Shown here: positions 1 through 8,793 of the stretch, in pieces
Layout: each line of letters starts with the position of its first letter
How positions within the stretch are numbered: the stretch's first letter is position 1
Assembly (NCBI GenBank): GCA_003599335.1
Contig: QZJN01000003.1
Location: forward strand, 4,654 to 68,653
DNA from: Candidatus Parcubacteria bacterium
GTDB lineage: Bacteria; Patescibacteriota; Minisyncoccia; SURF-38
DNA length: 64,000 bases
Reading direction: 5' to 3'
Position numbers and translations under genes: made by a program
Notes under the pieces: model-generated
What the model was told of the DNA's origin: nothing
What the model saw: only the letters and a program-made list of their open reading frames with translations
Database searches by the model: none

Positions 1-270
1 GCAAATGGACTTGGGCGTAGGAAATTTGGCTATTGCTTCGTTTTTTCCTTCAGGAGAGTTCCGCTTCCCCGCAGGAGAGCTTCTTTTGCTCTTTTGCGTG
101 AGGAGCTAAGACTCGTGGCTCTCAAAGTTCATCATCTGAAGCCAGAGCGCGCAAAAAGGCTTTTTCGTGAAGCCGTGAGAGTTGCGCGTTTGAGCAAACA
201 ACCACCACACAGCAAGAATTGTGTGAGATTTGGCTTCAGGCCAAACGCGGAGCGTCTCGTTTCATAACGG
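1..270 (+). CDS. 3' end of an unidentified GC-rich, Arg-rich CDS (partial, enters from the left edge)
   Basis: Frame 1 is open from nt 1 to the TAA at 268-270 (..LREELRLVALKVHHLKPERAKRLFREAVRVARLSKQPPHSKNCVRFGFRPNAERLVS*). It is followed by a hairpin with T-run at 251-290. GC is clearly above the window average. Confidence 0.3.
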
Positions 271-290
271 GACGCTCTTAATTTTGACCC
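251..290 (+). terminator. Rho-independent terminator-like hairpin (AGCGTCtcg..cggGACGCT followed by TTAATTTTG)
   Basis: Inverted repeat seen directly, followed by a T-rich tract, at the end of the partial CDS. Confidence 0.4.
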
Positions 291-318
291 CCTTTTGATA
301 CAATGGTTTTAGGAGTAT

Positions 319-1188
319 ATGAATATAAAAAAACCAATTTTATTTTTTCAGGAAGTGCTGATGGTTTCTTTGAGTGTTTTTCTTGGGATTGTTGTTGCCT
401 CCCGTTTAAGAGAGAGTTTTTTGTACGAGAAAGTTTATTCGCAGGAGTTATCTGCGACGACCGTTTTTCTGTATATTATTATTGCGACAATAGTCATACT
501 CATTTTAAGTAAGGCTTTCAGAAAATTTGGCAACTTTTCCTTTCAGGCAATATTCATTCTGGCCGTTTTTGGCGGTCTTAATATATTTTTTAGCATATTT
601 TTTATTCCGATTTTGGCATTGGTTCTTGCCACCGCCTTTACTGTTTATAGAATGGTTCATCCAACGGTCATTAATCATAATTTGGTTATAATTTTGAGCG
701 TTGCCGGGGTTGGCGGTTCATTGGGTTTGTCATTATCTCCGATTGCGGTGGTTAGTCTTCTTATTATGTTATCTGTCTACGATTTCATTGCTGTTTATAA
801 GACCAAGCACATGGTTCATTTAGCCGAAGAGATGATTCGTTCACGGGCCATATTGGGTCTTATAATTCCCGAATCTTTGAGGGCCCATGGTCAACGAACT
901 CATCAAGCAAAGCCAGGCGAGGGATTTATGTTTTTGGGCGGCGGAGATGTTGTTATGCCGACCATTTTTGCTGTTTCGGTTTTGCCGGTTAGTATTTATA
1001 TTTCTTTGGTAATTTGGCTTTCTTCTTTACTCGGTTTTTTTGTAAATCATTTATTTTTTACAAATCAAACCGAGCGTAAACCCATGCCGGCTCTGCCAAT
1101 GATTGCAGTTTTTTCTATAGCTGGATATTTCACATACCAATTAATCGCTTTTTTGATCTGGGCCGCTTATAACAACGGGAGTTTTTAG
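319..1188 (+). CDS. Polytopic membrane protein of the presenilin/signal-peptide-peptidase (GxGD intramembrane aspartyl protease, A22-like) family
   Basis: AGGAG RBS 4 nt upstream of the ATG. Multiple hydrophobic helices. Three hallmark motifs appear in the canonical order: YD (LSVYDFIAV), GxGD (FLGGGDVVMP) and PAL (KPMPALPMIAV). Confidence 0.55.
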   Translation: MNIKKPILFFQEVLMVSLSVFLGIVVASRLRESFLYEKVYSQELSATTVFLYIIIATIVILILSKAFRKFGNFSFQAIFILAVFGGLNIFFSIFFIPILALVLATAFTVYRMVHPTVINHNLVIILSVAGVGGSLGLSLSPIAVVSLLIMLSVYDFIAVYKTKHMVHLAEEMIRSRAILGLIIPESLRAHGQRTHQAKPGEGFMFLGGGDVVMPTIFAVSVLPVSIYISLVIWLSSLLGFFVNHLFFTNQTERKPMPALPMIAVFSIAGYFTYQLIAFLIWAAYNNGSF

Positions 1189-1223
1189 ATATCGTTTGTT
1201 TCTGTTAAAGAAATGATTAATTT

Positions 1224-1754
1224 ATGGCTATTCAGCTTTTTATAACCAATCAAAAATCGGGGTGGACCAGGCTTTGGTCTTTGCAAAACCACAAGGGAAA
1301 AGTCAAAAAAACCTTCTCTTATAGAATGTTTATTTTGAACGAGTCCGGGTCTGTCAGAGAGTTTGAAGTTAGCCGAGATGCTTTAGTACCGACTTTTATT
1401 AAGCGTAAACAATCAAAGTACGGAATTGACGGTGAAGCTCCTCCGAATAAAATTCAAAAACCATATAACGCGCGTATTCGCACCGACGGTAAAAAAGGCT
1501 TTCGCCTCGAGCTTTACGAAAGTGGTGTTGGAAAGAAAAACAATAAGAACGTTATTTTGGGCACGGGTAAAGTTCTGCGTAAGCACATTCAAATTCATAT
1601 TGGACCCGGTTGTTCGGAGGGTTGTTTTTTGCTTACAGGTTGGACAAAAGGAAGAGAAAAGTTTAAACGCGCAATTAAACAAATGATCGTTCAAGATAAA
1701 TCAAGGGGTATAAAAAAGGCAGAAGAGTTTATCGTACGTGTAGAGAAACGATGA
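1224..1754 (+). CDS. Hypothetical basic 176-aa protein with a YkuD/L,D-transpeptidase-like (Tlde1-like) H..S-x-GC catalytic signature; no signal peptide
   Basis: Motif HIQIHIGPGCSEGCFLL resembles the L,D-transpeptidase H-x(n)-S-x-G-C-[IV]-R-[LM] active site. Lys/Arg-rich. Ends with TGA. Confidence 0.3.
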   Translation: MAIQLFITNQKSGWTRLWSLQNHKGKVKKTFSYRMFILNESGSVREFEVSRDALVPTFIKRKQSKYGIDGEAPPNKIQKPYNARIRTDGKKGFRLELYESGVGKKNNKNVILGTGKVLRKHIQIHIGPGCSEGCFLLTGWTKGREKFKRAIKQMIVQDKSRGIKKAEEFIVRVEKR

Positions 1755-1780
1755 AGTTTTTGGTACAATAGAACAACAAT

Positions 1781-3175
1781 ATGATTACAATTCAGTTTTT
1801 TGGAGGAGCTCTGGAGGTTACGGGGGCGCTTTATCTGGTAAAAACCGATAAAGCCCAATTTTTGATTGACTGCGGATTATTTCAGGTCGGTGCTTTTGCC
1901 GATAAGAGAAATTATCAACCTTTTTCATTTGACGTTTCAAAAATAGATTTTGTTTGTATCACTCATGCTCATATTGACCATTCTGGCCGGTTGCCAAAAT
2001 TAGACAAAGCCGGTTTCAGTGGAAAAATCCACACGACTAAAGGAACTGCTGATTTAATGCGTTTGATGCTTGAAGATTCCCACGGTTTGCTTGAAGAAGA
2101 GGCCAAGCATCTCAAAAAAGATCCTTTATATGATCATAAGGATGTTGAACATACATTTGAGCATTTAGAAACTCACGAATATGGGGAGTCTTTTGAGCCG
2201 GTTCGGGGAATAGAGGTGAAATTTCAAAATTCCGGACATATTTTAGGTTCAAGTATTATTGAGATTTGGATTGATACAAAAATTCACTCACCAAAGTCCA
2301 AAAAAGATAAGGAAAAGATAAAGATAGTTTTCACCGGAGATCTTGGCAATTGGCCCAATCCTCTTTTGCAAAAACCGGCTGTTATAAACGAGGCCGATTA
2401 TTTAGTCATTGAATCGGCTTATGGCGATCGTCTTCACGAAGCGACACAAAAACGCAAAGATGTTTTGGAAGACGTGATTGAAGAAGTTGTCCGTAGGAGA
2501 GGAGTTGTGATGATACCTTCTTTTGCCGTTGAGCGTACTCAAGTTTTGTTATCGGAGTTGAACGAGCTTGTTGAAAACGGACGGATTCCGAAGGTGCCGG
2601 TGTTTCTTGATAGCCCCCTTGCTATAAAAGCCACCGCTATCTATAAACAAAACAGACAATATTTTAATGAGGGAATGAATAAATTACTTGATGTGGGAGA
2701 GGAGATTTTCAGATTCCCCGGGCTTAAGATGACGGCGACAACCGAAGAATCAAAAGCGATTAACGATGTGATTGGACCAAAGATCATTATTGCCGGTTCT
2801 GGCAATTCTATGGGCGGGAGAATAATGCATCACGAGCGGCGTTATCTTTCGGATCCAAACAGCGCCATTATTATTGTCGGTTATCAGGTTGCTTCTTCGC
2901 TTGGCCGCAAGCTTCTGGAAGGAGCCGACGTTGTAAAAATTTTTGGAGAAAAAATACCAGTTAGGGCAAGAGTTGTTCATATTGAGGGATATTCGGGTCA
3001 TGCCGATCGGGAAGCGCTGTTTAAATTTGTGGAACCAGTGCGCCATGTTGTCAAAAAAGTTTTTGTTGTTCAGGGAGAAGAGCATGCCGCGCTTAATTTT
3101 GCCCAGTTTCTTAAAGATAATCTTGCCGTGGAGGCCGAGGCCCCGAGCTTTGGCGGTTCATTTGCATTGGAATAA
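1781..3175 (+). CDS. MBL-fold beta-CASP family metallo-hydrolase (RNase J / CPSF-like RNA-processing nuclease)
   Basis: HAHIDHSG (HxHxDH) metallo-beta-lactamase motif, a later D/H ligand block and a C-terminal EGYSGHADRE beta-CASP motif C. 464 aa. Confidence 0.7.
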   Translation: MITIQFFGGALEVTGALYLVKTDKAQFLIDCGLFQVGAFADKRNYQPFSFDVSKIDFVCITHAHIDHSGRLPKLDKAGFSGKIHTTKGTADLMRLMLEDSHGLLEEEAKHLKKDPLYDHKDVEHTFEHLETHEYGESFEPVRGIEVKFQNSGHILGSSIIEIWIDTKIHSPKSKKDKEKIKIVFTGDLGNWPNPLLQKPAVINEADYLVIESAYGDRLHEATQKRKDVLEDVIEEVVRRRGVVMIPSFAVERTQVLLSELNELVENGRIPKVPVFLDSPLAIKATAIYKQNRQYFNEGMNKLLDVGEEIFRFPGLKMTATTEESKAINDVIGPKIIIAGSGNSMGGRIMHHERRYLSDPNSAIIIVGYQVASSLGRKLLEGADVVKIFGEKIPVRARVVHIEGYSGHADREALFKFVEPVRHVVKKVFVVQGEEHAALNFAQFLKDNLAVEAEAPSFGGSFALE

Positions 3176-3304
3176 ATAGGTAGGTACAATAAACGATATC
3201 AAAAATAGGAAAACTAAAGGAAATCGTTTGAAATGTAATGAATAAACTTTTTGTAAAAGTTTATTGGAATATAAAACATTATAATATCTACCATAGCAAT
3301 TGAT

Positions 3305-3871
3305 ATGATGAAGGTATCGGAAAAAGCTCAATATAAAATAGCAATCTCTGGAGCTTCAGAGACTTCCCACTGTGGCCCCAATATACATGAACTTTCTGAA
3401 CAAATAGGAAGAGAAATAGTAAAACAAGGAGGTGTTGTTATAACGGGAGCAACCACAGGAGCACCTTACTGGGCGGCTAAAGGCGCCAAGGAAGAAGGCG
3501 GTTTGAGTATTGGCTTTTCTCCAGCGGCTTCAGAGAAAGAGCATCTTAAGGTCTACAGACTTCCGACTGATTATTTTGATGTCATTGTTTACACAGGCTT
3601 CAATTATTCTGGCAGAAATCTTATTTTGATGAGAGCGGCAGACGCGGTTATAGTTGCCTGTGGCCGCATGGGCACATTGAATGAATTTACAATAGCTTTT
3701 GAAGATAAAAAACCTATAGGAATTTTGGAAGGACCTTGGGCGACAGACGAAACTATAAAAGAAATGGTTGAACAGGCTCATCGGGGGCCAGGCAAAATAG
3801 TTTACGATCCTGATCCAAAAAGTTTAGTTCAAAAGGTCATAAAATTAATTGAAGAGGAACGTTCTTCTTAA
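3305..3871 (+). CDS. TIGR00725/LOG-like (SLOG, Rossmann-fold) nucleotide-binding protein
   Basis: Sequence (GGVVITGATTGAPYWAAKGAKEEGGLSIGFSP...GRMGTLNEF) is typical of the TIGR00725 / lysine-decarboxylase-like LOG superfamily. Confidence 0.5.
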   Translation: MMKVSEKAQYKIAISGASETSHCGPNIHELSEQIGREIVKQGGVVITGATTGAPYWAAKGAKEEGGLSIGFSPAASEKEHLKVYRLPTDYFDVIVYTGFNYSGRNLILMRAADAVIVACGRMGTLNEFTIAFEDKKPIGILEGPWATDETIKEMVEQAHRGPGKIVYDPDPKSLVQKVIKLIEEERSS

Positions 3872-3889
3872 AAACACGTTGTAAAATTT

Positions 3890-4159
3890 ATGCCAAAAAC
3901 AAAATCAGCCGAGGAAAAACCAATAGGCGAGATAACTCATTATTACTCTAATCTTGGGGTTGGAATTATAAAACTTAAGGCCGTTTTGAAGGTTGGGGAT
4001 AAGATTAAACTGGTCGGAGCAACCAGTAATTTTGAGCAGGAAGTTGAATCTATACAGATAGAACACAAGCAAGTCCAGACGGCTAAAAAGGGGGATGTCG
4101 TTGGTATTAAAGTTAAAGATAAAGTTCGTGAGGGCGATTTGGTTTATAAAGTAGATTGA
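3890..4159 (+). CDS. Small EF-Tu-domain-2-like beta-barrel protein (translation elongation factor-like small protein)
   Basis: 89 aa. The GDKIKLVG...KKGDVVGIKV...REGDLVYKV pattern resembles domain 2 of translational GTPases. Confidence 0.35.
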   Translation: MPKTKSAEEKPIGEITHYYSNLGVGIIKLKAVLKVGDKIKLVGATSNFEQEVESIQIEHKQVQTAKKGDVVGIKVKDKVREGDLVYKVD

Positions 4160-4162
4160 TTC

Positions 4163-4618
4163 ATGTCGCTTAACTTTTTTGACGTAGGACAACTGGATCT
4201 CTTTTGGTCCTTGTTATTGGCTCTTGTTTTGGGCTCGGTTGTTGGGCTTGAGAGAGAGCGAGTCGGCAAAGAGGCTGGCCTAAGAACCAATGCTCTTGTG
4301 AGCGTCGGATCGGCTTTATTTACTATTCTTTCTGTTCATATGGCAAGCCAGCTCCAAACGCCCGCATTTGATCCTTCACGCATCGCCTCACAGGTGGTTG
4401 TGGGAATAGGTTTTATAGGGGCTGGGCTTATAATTTTCAGAGGAGAGCGTATTGAAAATCTTACAACCGCCGCTACAGTTTGGGTTGTTGCCGCTATTGG
4501 AATGGCTGTTGGATTTGGAATGTATTTGCTTGCCATTCTTACAACATTGCTTGTTTATATATTTTTAGAAATTGCTCAGCGGTTTAAGCCAAGAGAGCAT
4601 AAATCGCAATCAGAATAA
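4163..4618 (+). CDS. MgtC/SapB family membrane protein
   Basis: About 150 aa with 4-5 TM helices and an N-terminal LALVLGSVVGLERE..GLRTNALVSVGSALF signature of the MgtC family. Confidence 0.6.
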   Translation: MSLNFFDVGQLDLFWSLLLALVLGSVVGLERERVGKEAGLRTNALVSVGSALFTILSVHMASQLQTPAFDPSRIASQVVVGIGFIGAGLIIFRGERIENLTTAATVWVVAAIGMAVGFGMYLLAILTTLLVYIFLEIAQRFKPREHKSQSE

Positions 4619-5758
4619 ATGATTAGATCAAAATCTTTTTTAGTTGCGGTCGCAACATTATTTGGGACGACAATTGGCGCTGGTATTTTTGCCTTACCTT
4701 ACGTGATTACTAAGGCCGGTTGGATCATTGGTCTTTTATATTTTACTGTTTTTGGTTTTATAATCACTGTTCTTCAGCTTATGTATGGAGAGGTAATTTT
4801 AAGGACCAAAGAAAATCATCGTCTGCCGGGTTACACAAAAAAGTACCTTGGGCCAGTCTGGGAAAAAATTGTTTTAATGGTTGAAATACTCGGTTCTTAC
4901 GGCGGCCTTCTTGTTTATCTTATTCTGGGAGGAAATTTTTTGTTTTTAGTACTCGGTCCTTTAATTGGGGGCTCTTTTGGCTTATACGTATTTTTGTTCT
5001 GGATAGTTTTTTCTCTTTGGGTTATACGCGGATTAAAACTTGTAGCCAATATTGAATTGGCTCTTGATGGTCTATTGATCCTTATTCTTTTAGGGATTGT
5101 TATTTTTGGTCTGCCTAAATTTTCCTTGGACAACTTGAATGCTCTTTCGCTTAGAGAATTTTTATTACCCTACGGGGTGATTCTTTTTGCTTTATCGGGT
5201 GCGATCGCCATACCAGAAATGAAAGACGAATTGGCGCATAAGAAACAGCTTCTTAAACACGCTATTATTTTGGGAACTGTTTTGGCGATGATTATTTCCC
5301 TTGCTTTCGGTTTGGCTGTTGCCGGAGTTTCCGGTTCAGAAACGACACCTGATGCCTTAAGCGGGCTTCGTAATTTTTTTGGAGCCGGTTTTGTTCAGTG
5401 GGTCGCTTTATTCGGATTATTGGCTATAGCAACTTCTTTTTTGGTCGCCGGTGTTTATCTGAAAGATCTTTTGCATTTTGATCTAAATTTTGATAAAAAG
5501 CTGGCAGGGCTTTTGGTTGTAATCGTACCAATGATAGCTTTTGGTTTAAACATAGGCTCTTTCGTCGGCATTATCGGTTTTTTGGGCGCGGTTACCGTAG
5601 CCTTAAGCTCAATAATAATAATTTTTATTTTCAAAACGGCAAAAAATAAAGGGGATAGGGAGCCGGAATACTCAATAAGAGTTCCTATGCCATTTATTAT
5701 TTTTCTGACAACATTATTTTTGCTTGGCTTCTTGAATCAAATTTTCTTTAATTTATGA
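4619..5758 (+). CDS. Amino-acid permease (aromatic/HAAAP-type amino-acid transporter-like), ~11 TM
   Basis: GAGIFALPYVITKAGW N-terminal motif and a polytopic hydrophobic profile typical of Trp/Tyr/Ser permeases. Confidence 0.5.
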   Translation: MIRSKSFLVAVATLFGTTIGAGIFALPYVITKAGWIIGLLYFTVFGFIITVLQLMYGEVILRTKENHRLPGYTKKYLGPVWEKIVLMVEILGSYGGLLVYLILGGNFLFLVLGPLIGGSFGLYVFLFWIVFSLWVIRGLKLVANIELALDGLLILILLGIVIFGLPKFSLDNLNALSLREFLLPYGVILFALSGAIAIPEMKDELAHKKQLLKHAIILGTVLAMIISLAFGLAVAGVSGSETTPDALSGLRNFFGAGFVQWVALFGLLAIATSFLVAGVYLKDLLHFDLNFDKKLAGLLVVIVPMIAFGLNIGSFVGIIGFLGAVTVALSSIIIIFIFKTAKNKGDREPEYSIRVPMPFIIFLTTLFLLGFLNQIFFNL

Positions 5759-7191
5759 AAACTAATTTTTTGCAAAGGTTAGAGCAGATTATTTTTTTTG
5801 TTTTGGTTTTTGCCATACCGTTTCAGCTTCGGTTTGTGCTGCATAGTTATGGGATTTCAACCCTTGAGGAATTCAATACTTTATTTTTGTATTTTACCGA
5901 CATTCTTATAGTTGCTCTCTTGATAGTTTTTTTCATGCGTTACGTTGGGGATCAACCTTTAAAGAATTTTTTACGAGAGAGGTGGCGGGTAATTCACGAA
6001 TCTGATCCTCTATACCTTTTTCTTGTTGCTTTTTTTATTTTGACGATTTTAGCTTCTTTTCCTCCCAGAAGCATAGCGGTTTCTTTGTATCATATAGCCA
6101 AAACAGCCGAGTTTCTGTTGTTTTTTGTATACATAGTTTTGGCTTTCAGGCAATACAGCTTGACTGCGATTCTTAAAGTTTTTGTTGCCTCTGCTTTTAT
6201 TCAGGGTGTTATCGGGTTTTTCCAATTCACTTTTGAAAAATCACTTTCTTTAACCTTGCTTGGCGAGGCGGTCTTAGCTCCCGATCTTCCGGAAGTTGTT
6301 AGACTTTTTGTGAAAGAACTTTTCTTATTGCGTCCGTACGGTACGTTTCCCCATCCTCATTTACTTGCAATTTTTTTGGTCCTTGGACTTTTTTTCATTT
6401 CTTATATGATTCTAAAAAAACGTTTTTTTGGAGATTACCCAAACCCTGGATTTTTGCCAAAGGATGAAGAACGTAGGGCTTTTAAAGACAGTTTTATTCG
6501 CATCGGGATGTTGGTGGTTGTTTTTATAATGTTGGTTGGTTTAGCCCTTACATTTTCAAGATCTATAATTGTTGTTGGAATAGCCTTTTTGCTCGCAGGT
6601 TTTTTTTGGCTTTATAGTTCTTCCTGGGGAGCTGTTTTAAGAGAAAGATCAAAATACCTCATGTTTGTTTTTTTGATTTTTGTTATCATTATTGCTTTTA
6701 TGTTCAGGGTTGAGCTTTTTGAAAGGTTTCAGTTGGTTGGTCAGGCTGCGTTGAGTGGTTTTGGTGTTTTGGATAAAACCGCTTTGGACTTTATAGCCGA
6801 AAGGCCTTTGTTTGGTGTTGGCGCCGGGTATTATCCTATCAGACTTGCGGAAGTGAATCCCGATCTTGGTCCTTTACAATTACAGCCTGTAAATAACATT
6901 TATCTTCTTATTGCCGCTGAAACAGGGGTTGTAAATCTTATCTTTTTCATAGCTTTTCTTGGTTATCTTATGTTTGGTCTTGTTAGGGCTTTCAGGCAGG
7001 AAACCGACTTGGTGGCTAAGTTTTGGAAGCAACAACTAATTGCTGTTTTTGCCTTTTTGTTGATAAGTTCGTTTTTTTATCACGGCTTTTGGACTCTTCA
7101 ACAGGGGAGGTTAATTTTTTGGTTTTCTTTAGGGATTTTAGTTGCAACAGCAACAGAAACTAAAAAAGATCTTATTGATTCGGCTATTTAG
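5755..7191 (+). CDS. O-antigen ligase / Wzy-like polytopic membrane protein
   Basis: 478 aa, about 12 TM, with a large periplasmic-loop region between late TM helices, characteristic of O-antigen ligase/polymerase family proteins. 4-nt overlap with the upstream gene. Confidence 0.4.
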   Translation: MKTNFLQRLEQIIFFVLVFAIPFQLRFVLHSYGISTLEEFNTLFLYFTDILIVALLIVFFMRYVGDQPLKNFLRERWRVIHESDPLYLFLVAFFILTILASFPPRSIAVSLYHIAKTAEFLLFFVYIVLAFRQYSLTAILKVFVASAFIQGVIGFFQFTFEKSLSLTLLGEAVLAPDLPEVVRLFVKELFLLRPYGTFPHPHLLAIFLVLGLFFISYMILKKRFFGDYPNPGFLPKDEERRAFKDSFIRIGMLVVVFIMLVGLALTFSRSIIVVGIAFLLAGFFWLYSSSWGAVLRERSKYLMFVFLIFVIIIAFMFRVELFERFQLVGQAALSGFGVLDKTALDFIAERPLFGVGAGYYPIRLAEVNPDLGPLQLQPVNNIYLLIAAETGVVNLIFFIAFLGYLMFGLVRAFRQETDLVAKFWKQQLIAVFAFLLISSFFYHGFWTLQQGRLIFWFSLGILVATATETKKDLIDSAI

Positions 7192-7193
7192 GC

Positions 7194-8477
7194 ATGAAAA
7201 TTTTTGCCGATTTAGAAATACACTCGAAATACGCCCGTGCGGTTTCAAAGGATATGACCACAGAAAATCTCGGGCTGTGGGGCTTATATAAGGGTATAAA
7301 CGTTATCGGTACGGGTGATTTCACCCATCCTTTGTGGTTTAAAGAGCTTAAAGAAAAATTAGAACCAGCCGAGCCTGGGTTACTTAAACTGAAAAACAGA
7401 TTTGTTCCCAAAGATCATAAGGCAGAAGAAATGCCAAGATTTTTGTTAACGGCCGAGGTGAGTTGCATATATTCTAAAGGCGGTCGCGTCCGAAAAGTTC
7501 ATCAGTTGTTGTATGCGCCTTCTTTTGAGGCGGTTGAAAAAATAAATACACGTCTTGGATGGATAGGAAATTTAAAGGCGGACGGAAGACCTATTTTAGG
7601 CCTTGATTCAAAAGAACTTTTAAAGATAATTTTAGACACACCCGGTTCTGTTTTAATCCCGGCCCACGTCTGGACTCCGTGGTTTGGTATTTTTGGCTCA
7701 ATGAGCGGCTTCAACTCGCTTGAGGAATGTTTTGAGGAATTAACAAAGAATGTTTTTGCTATTGAGACGGGGCTTTCTTCAGATCCGCCCATGAATTGGA
7801 GAATAAAATGGCTTGATGGCGTCTCAATAATTTCAAGCTCCGACGCCCACTCGCTCCCAAAAATAGGAAGAGAGGCTTGTCTTTTTGATACGGAGCTTTC
7901 TTACAGCGGAATAATGGATGCCATAAAAAGTTCTGACCCAAAGAAATTTTTATATACCTTAGAGTTTTATCCCGAAGAAGGAATGTATCATTATTCGGGT
8001 CACAGGGCTCATAATATTGTTTATTCTCCAAATCAAGAAAAAGAAAAAAAGGCCATATGCGAAGTTTGCGGCAAGCCTGTAACCAGGGGGGTAATGAGTC
8101 GGATTGAAGAGTTGGCTGATCCTGCTCGAAAAGAAGGATATGTTGATGAAAAAAGAATTCCCTACAAAAATTTAGTGCCGTTGCAAGAGATTATTGCAGA
8201 GGCGTTTGACCAGGGTGTTGGCACAAAAAAGGTGGTGAGCGCCTATAAGGAATTGATCGGAACTTTTGGTTCAGAATTTAAGGTTTTGCTTGATGCGAAT
8301 ATTAATGATTTGATTCAGGCTTCGGCTCCAGAGATTGGTGAAGGTATAAAGAGGGTTCGGGAAGGTAAGCTTCATATTGAACCGGGATACGACGGAGTCT
8401 ACGGAGAAATAAAGATATTTGAAGAAGCCGAAAGAAAAGAATTGAGTAAGAAAGAAAAACAATCAGCGCTTTTCTAA
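7194..8477 (+). CDS. Endonuclease Q (EndoQ) family PHP-domain DNA repair endonuclease with C-terminal zinc finger
   Basis: N-terminus MKIFADLEIHSKYARAVSKDMT..GTGDFTHP matches the EndoQ PHP signature (DLHIHSxYSxAxSK..GTGD). A CxxC zinc-finger region (CEVCGKPVTRGVMSRIEELAD) and a C-terminal GYDGVYGEIKIF block parallel archaeal and Bacillus EndoQ. Confidence 0.7.
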   Translation: MKIFADLEIHSKYARAVSKDMTTENLGLWGLYKGINVIGTGDFTHPLWFKELKEKLEPAEPGLLKLKNRFVPKDHKAEEMPRFLLTAEVSCIYSKGGRVRKVHQLLYAPSFEAVEKINTRLGWIGNLKADGRPILGLDSKELLKIILDTPGSVLIPAHVWTPWFGIFGSMSGFNSLEECFEELTKNVFAIETGLSSDPPMNWRIKWLDGVSIISSSDAHSLPKIGREACLFDTELSYSGIMDAIKSSDPKKFLYTLEFYPEEGMYHYSGHRAHNIVYSPNQEKEKKAICEVCGKPVTRGVMSRIEELADPARKEGYVDEKRIPYKNLVPLQEIIAEAFDQGVGTKKVVSAYKELIGTFGSEFKVLLDANINDLIQASAPEIGEGIKRVREGKLHIEPGYDGVYGEIKIFEEAERKELSKKEKQSALF

Positions 8478-8489
8478 AAGAAAAAGCCT

Positions 8490-8755
8490 GGCGCACTCCC
8501 GCTACAACGGAACATGCGCCAGGCCACAAGTGGCTTCGGTCAGGACGTTCTTCCAGGAACGTCATTTTGGGATAGGACTTTGACCCGCCGTGCGGTGCTG
8601 GGATTGCCCAGGGGCACAGCCGACCAACCGCAATTGCGTGTTGGATAAGCCACAATGGTGATGCAAACCACTCGCCGGGACCACACCACCACAAAAACAA
8701 CAAGGAGCGCATCTTATCGCTAGTTGAGTTAAGTGTCAAGTCATTCCGCAACCAC
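8490..8755. ncRNA. GC-rich (about 55-60%) non-coding island between endoQ and polX; candidate structured RNA of unknown class
   Basis: Strong GC deviation in a non-coding gap and several local stems (for example CCTGGCGCA..TGCGCCAGG at 8491-8524; GACGTTC..GAACGTC). I could not match RNase P, SRP or 6S conserved motifs by eye. Confidence 0.25.
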
Positions 8756-8793
8756 TTTTGTTTTTTAGATGGCCGAGCCTTTATAATTGTAAT

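Noticed and set aside
1413-1694. Overlapping 86-93-aa ORFs on both strands inside the 1224..1754 gene
   Set aside because: Nested within a longer ORF with a better start context. Lys/Arg-rich coding regions produce such alternative-frame ORFs.
8302-8751. 149-aa minus ORF spanning the GC-rich intergenic island and the endoQ 3' end
   Set aside because: It overlaps the C-terminus of a well-supported gene and runs through a probable structured RNA region. Its composition is that of a frame artefact (Pro/Trp/Gly-rich, no RBS).
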